From an uncultured Planctomycetota bacterium (lineage in GTDB: Bacteria > Planctomycetota > Planctomycetia > Isosphaerales > Isosphaeraceae), in assembly GCA_963823665.1 (NCBI GenBank), contig CAWGMQ010000007.1:1-64000 (forward strand): a DNA stretch of 64,000 nt. The letters are read 5' to 3'. The position numbers were made by a program, and so were the translations under genes. Shown here one piece after another: positions 63,195 to 64,000 of this stretch; positions within the stretch are counted from its first letter, which is position 1; each line of letters starts with the position of its first letter. A model generated the notes under the pieces. The model worked only from the letters and a program-made list of their open reading frames with translations, had not been told where the DNA came from and ran no database searches.

Positions 63195-63554
63195 ATGCGG
63201 GCAACACTCGTCCGACGCGAATGGTTACTACGCACGCTGAAAGTCGAACTGCCGGGCGGAATCCATCTCGTGGAATACGATGGCGCCGGGCTCGGTTACG
63301 AGCAGGTGACCGTTGACGGAAGTACCGTAATCCGCGGTTCGCACCGCTGGTATGTGCCCCGTTTCGAGTTCGAGTTAGGTGGTTGGCCTGCCGTCGTCGA
63401 AGTCCGGGTGTGGCCATGGTTCGCACTTCGATCGTTCGCGTTGCTCGTAAACGACCACCTCATCTATGCCGAAGGGGTGGGGTGCGAGAGGAATGAATCC
63501 ACCCGATGGCTCCAGCGATTGGCACGACGGAGAATAACTGCGCACCGAAGCTGA
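63195..63554 (+). CDS. hypothetical protein
   Basis: AAGGAGG RBS before ATG 63195; beta-rich 119-aa ORF. Confidence 0.6.
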   Translation: MRATLVRREWLLRTLKVELPGGIHLVEYDGAGLGYEQVTVDGSTVIRGSHRWYVPRFEFELGGWPAVVEVRVWPWFALRSFALLVNDHLIYAEGVGCERNESTRWLQRLARRRITAHRS

Positions 63555-64000
63555 CCCGGCCCGGCGTGGTCGGCCGGCTGTGCCAGACCCAGGGTGCGGC
63601 CGGTTTTGTTTTTGGCCGCCACAGCTTGCGAGCACCGACTCGACGCGAGACAATCACCAACTCTTCGGTTGTACCGAAGCGGGCAAATCATACTTCTCCG
63701 GAGAGCATGCTCTGCGCGCTCGGCATTGTGATTGCGCTCTGTATCTTCGCTCGGAGAGGTTCGGGTCGATGTTTTTCCTGCTTGTGCTGATCATGCTGGC
63801 CTGCTTGATCGGAGCCCACGACCGAGTTGGAGCCGAGCGCGACAACGCATCCGGGGCCTACCGCGACTCTTGGCCAGTTTGCCAGAATTGCGGTAAGGAA
63901 ATGCCGCCCTATAATGCAGGAGTGGTCATGACGTGGATATGCCCGCATTGCGGGGACTCTCGACGGCATAGCCCCGGCAAAGGTGGTAAGAAACCAGCAC

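Overview
GC-rich bacterial DNA, almost certainly from a planctomycete (Isosphaeraceae-like). The signs are PSCyt/DUF1592 plus DUF1552 genes, giant membrane-anchored ECF sigma factors, Ser/Thr kinases and DUF3467. The window has three parts. (1) About 0.2-16.9 kb is a partly lower-GC accessory/defence island. It holds a decayed RAYT-like HuH transposase, a truncated type III restriction subunit, an intact three-gene ABC-three-component/Lamassu-like system and a TM-AbiTii plus nuclease-like gene pair. It also holds a tyrosine recombinase with a dif-like 11-6-11 palindromic site, two integrase/Tat-exported-protein modules sharing an upstream palindrome, a truncated doc toxin, and a 4.4-kb four-gene IS21 element carrying ParB-like and Cys-rich genes. 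(2) About 17.6-57 kb is mostly housekeeping or typical planctomycete genes: hisD-GNAT-hisC-hisB, M28 peptidase, ArnT-like transferases, ABC-DUF1854, P450 and kinases including a pseudokinase. Many are split by single-base frameshifts that are most likely sequencing or assembly errors. (3) The intergenic regions are repeat-rich. They contain six copies of a conserved ~80-bp hairpin element with compensatory changes, several REP-like classes, a three-repeat array with an exact 68-bp period, and hexamer microsatellites. One microsatellite, (CCTAAT)21+, is interrupted by an IS1182-like element. No rRNA, convincing tRNA or cas genes were seen. All family calls come from motifs recognised by eye; no searches were run.
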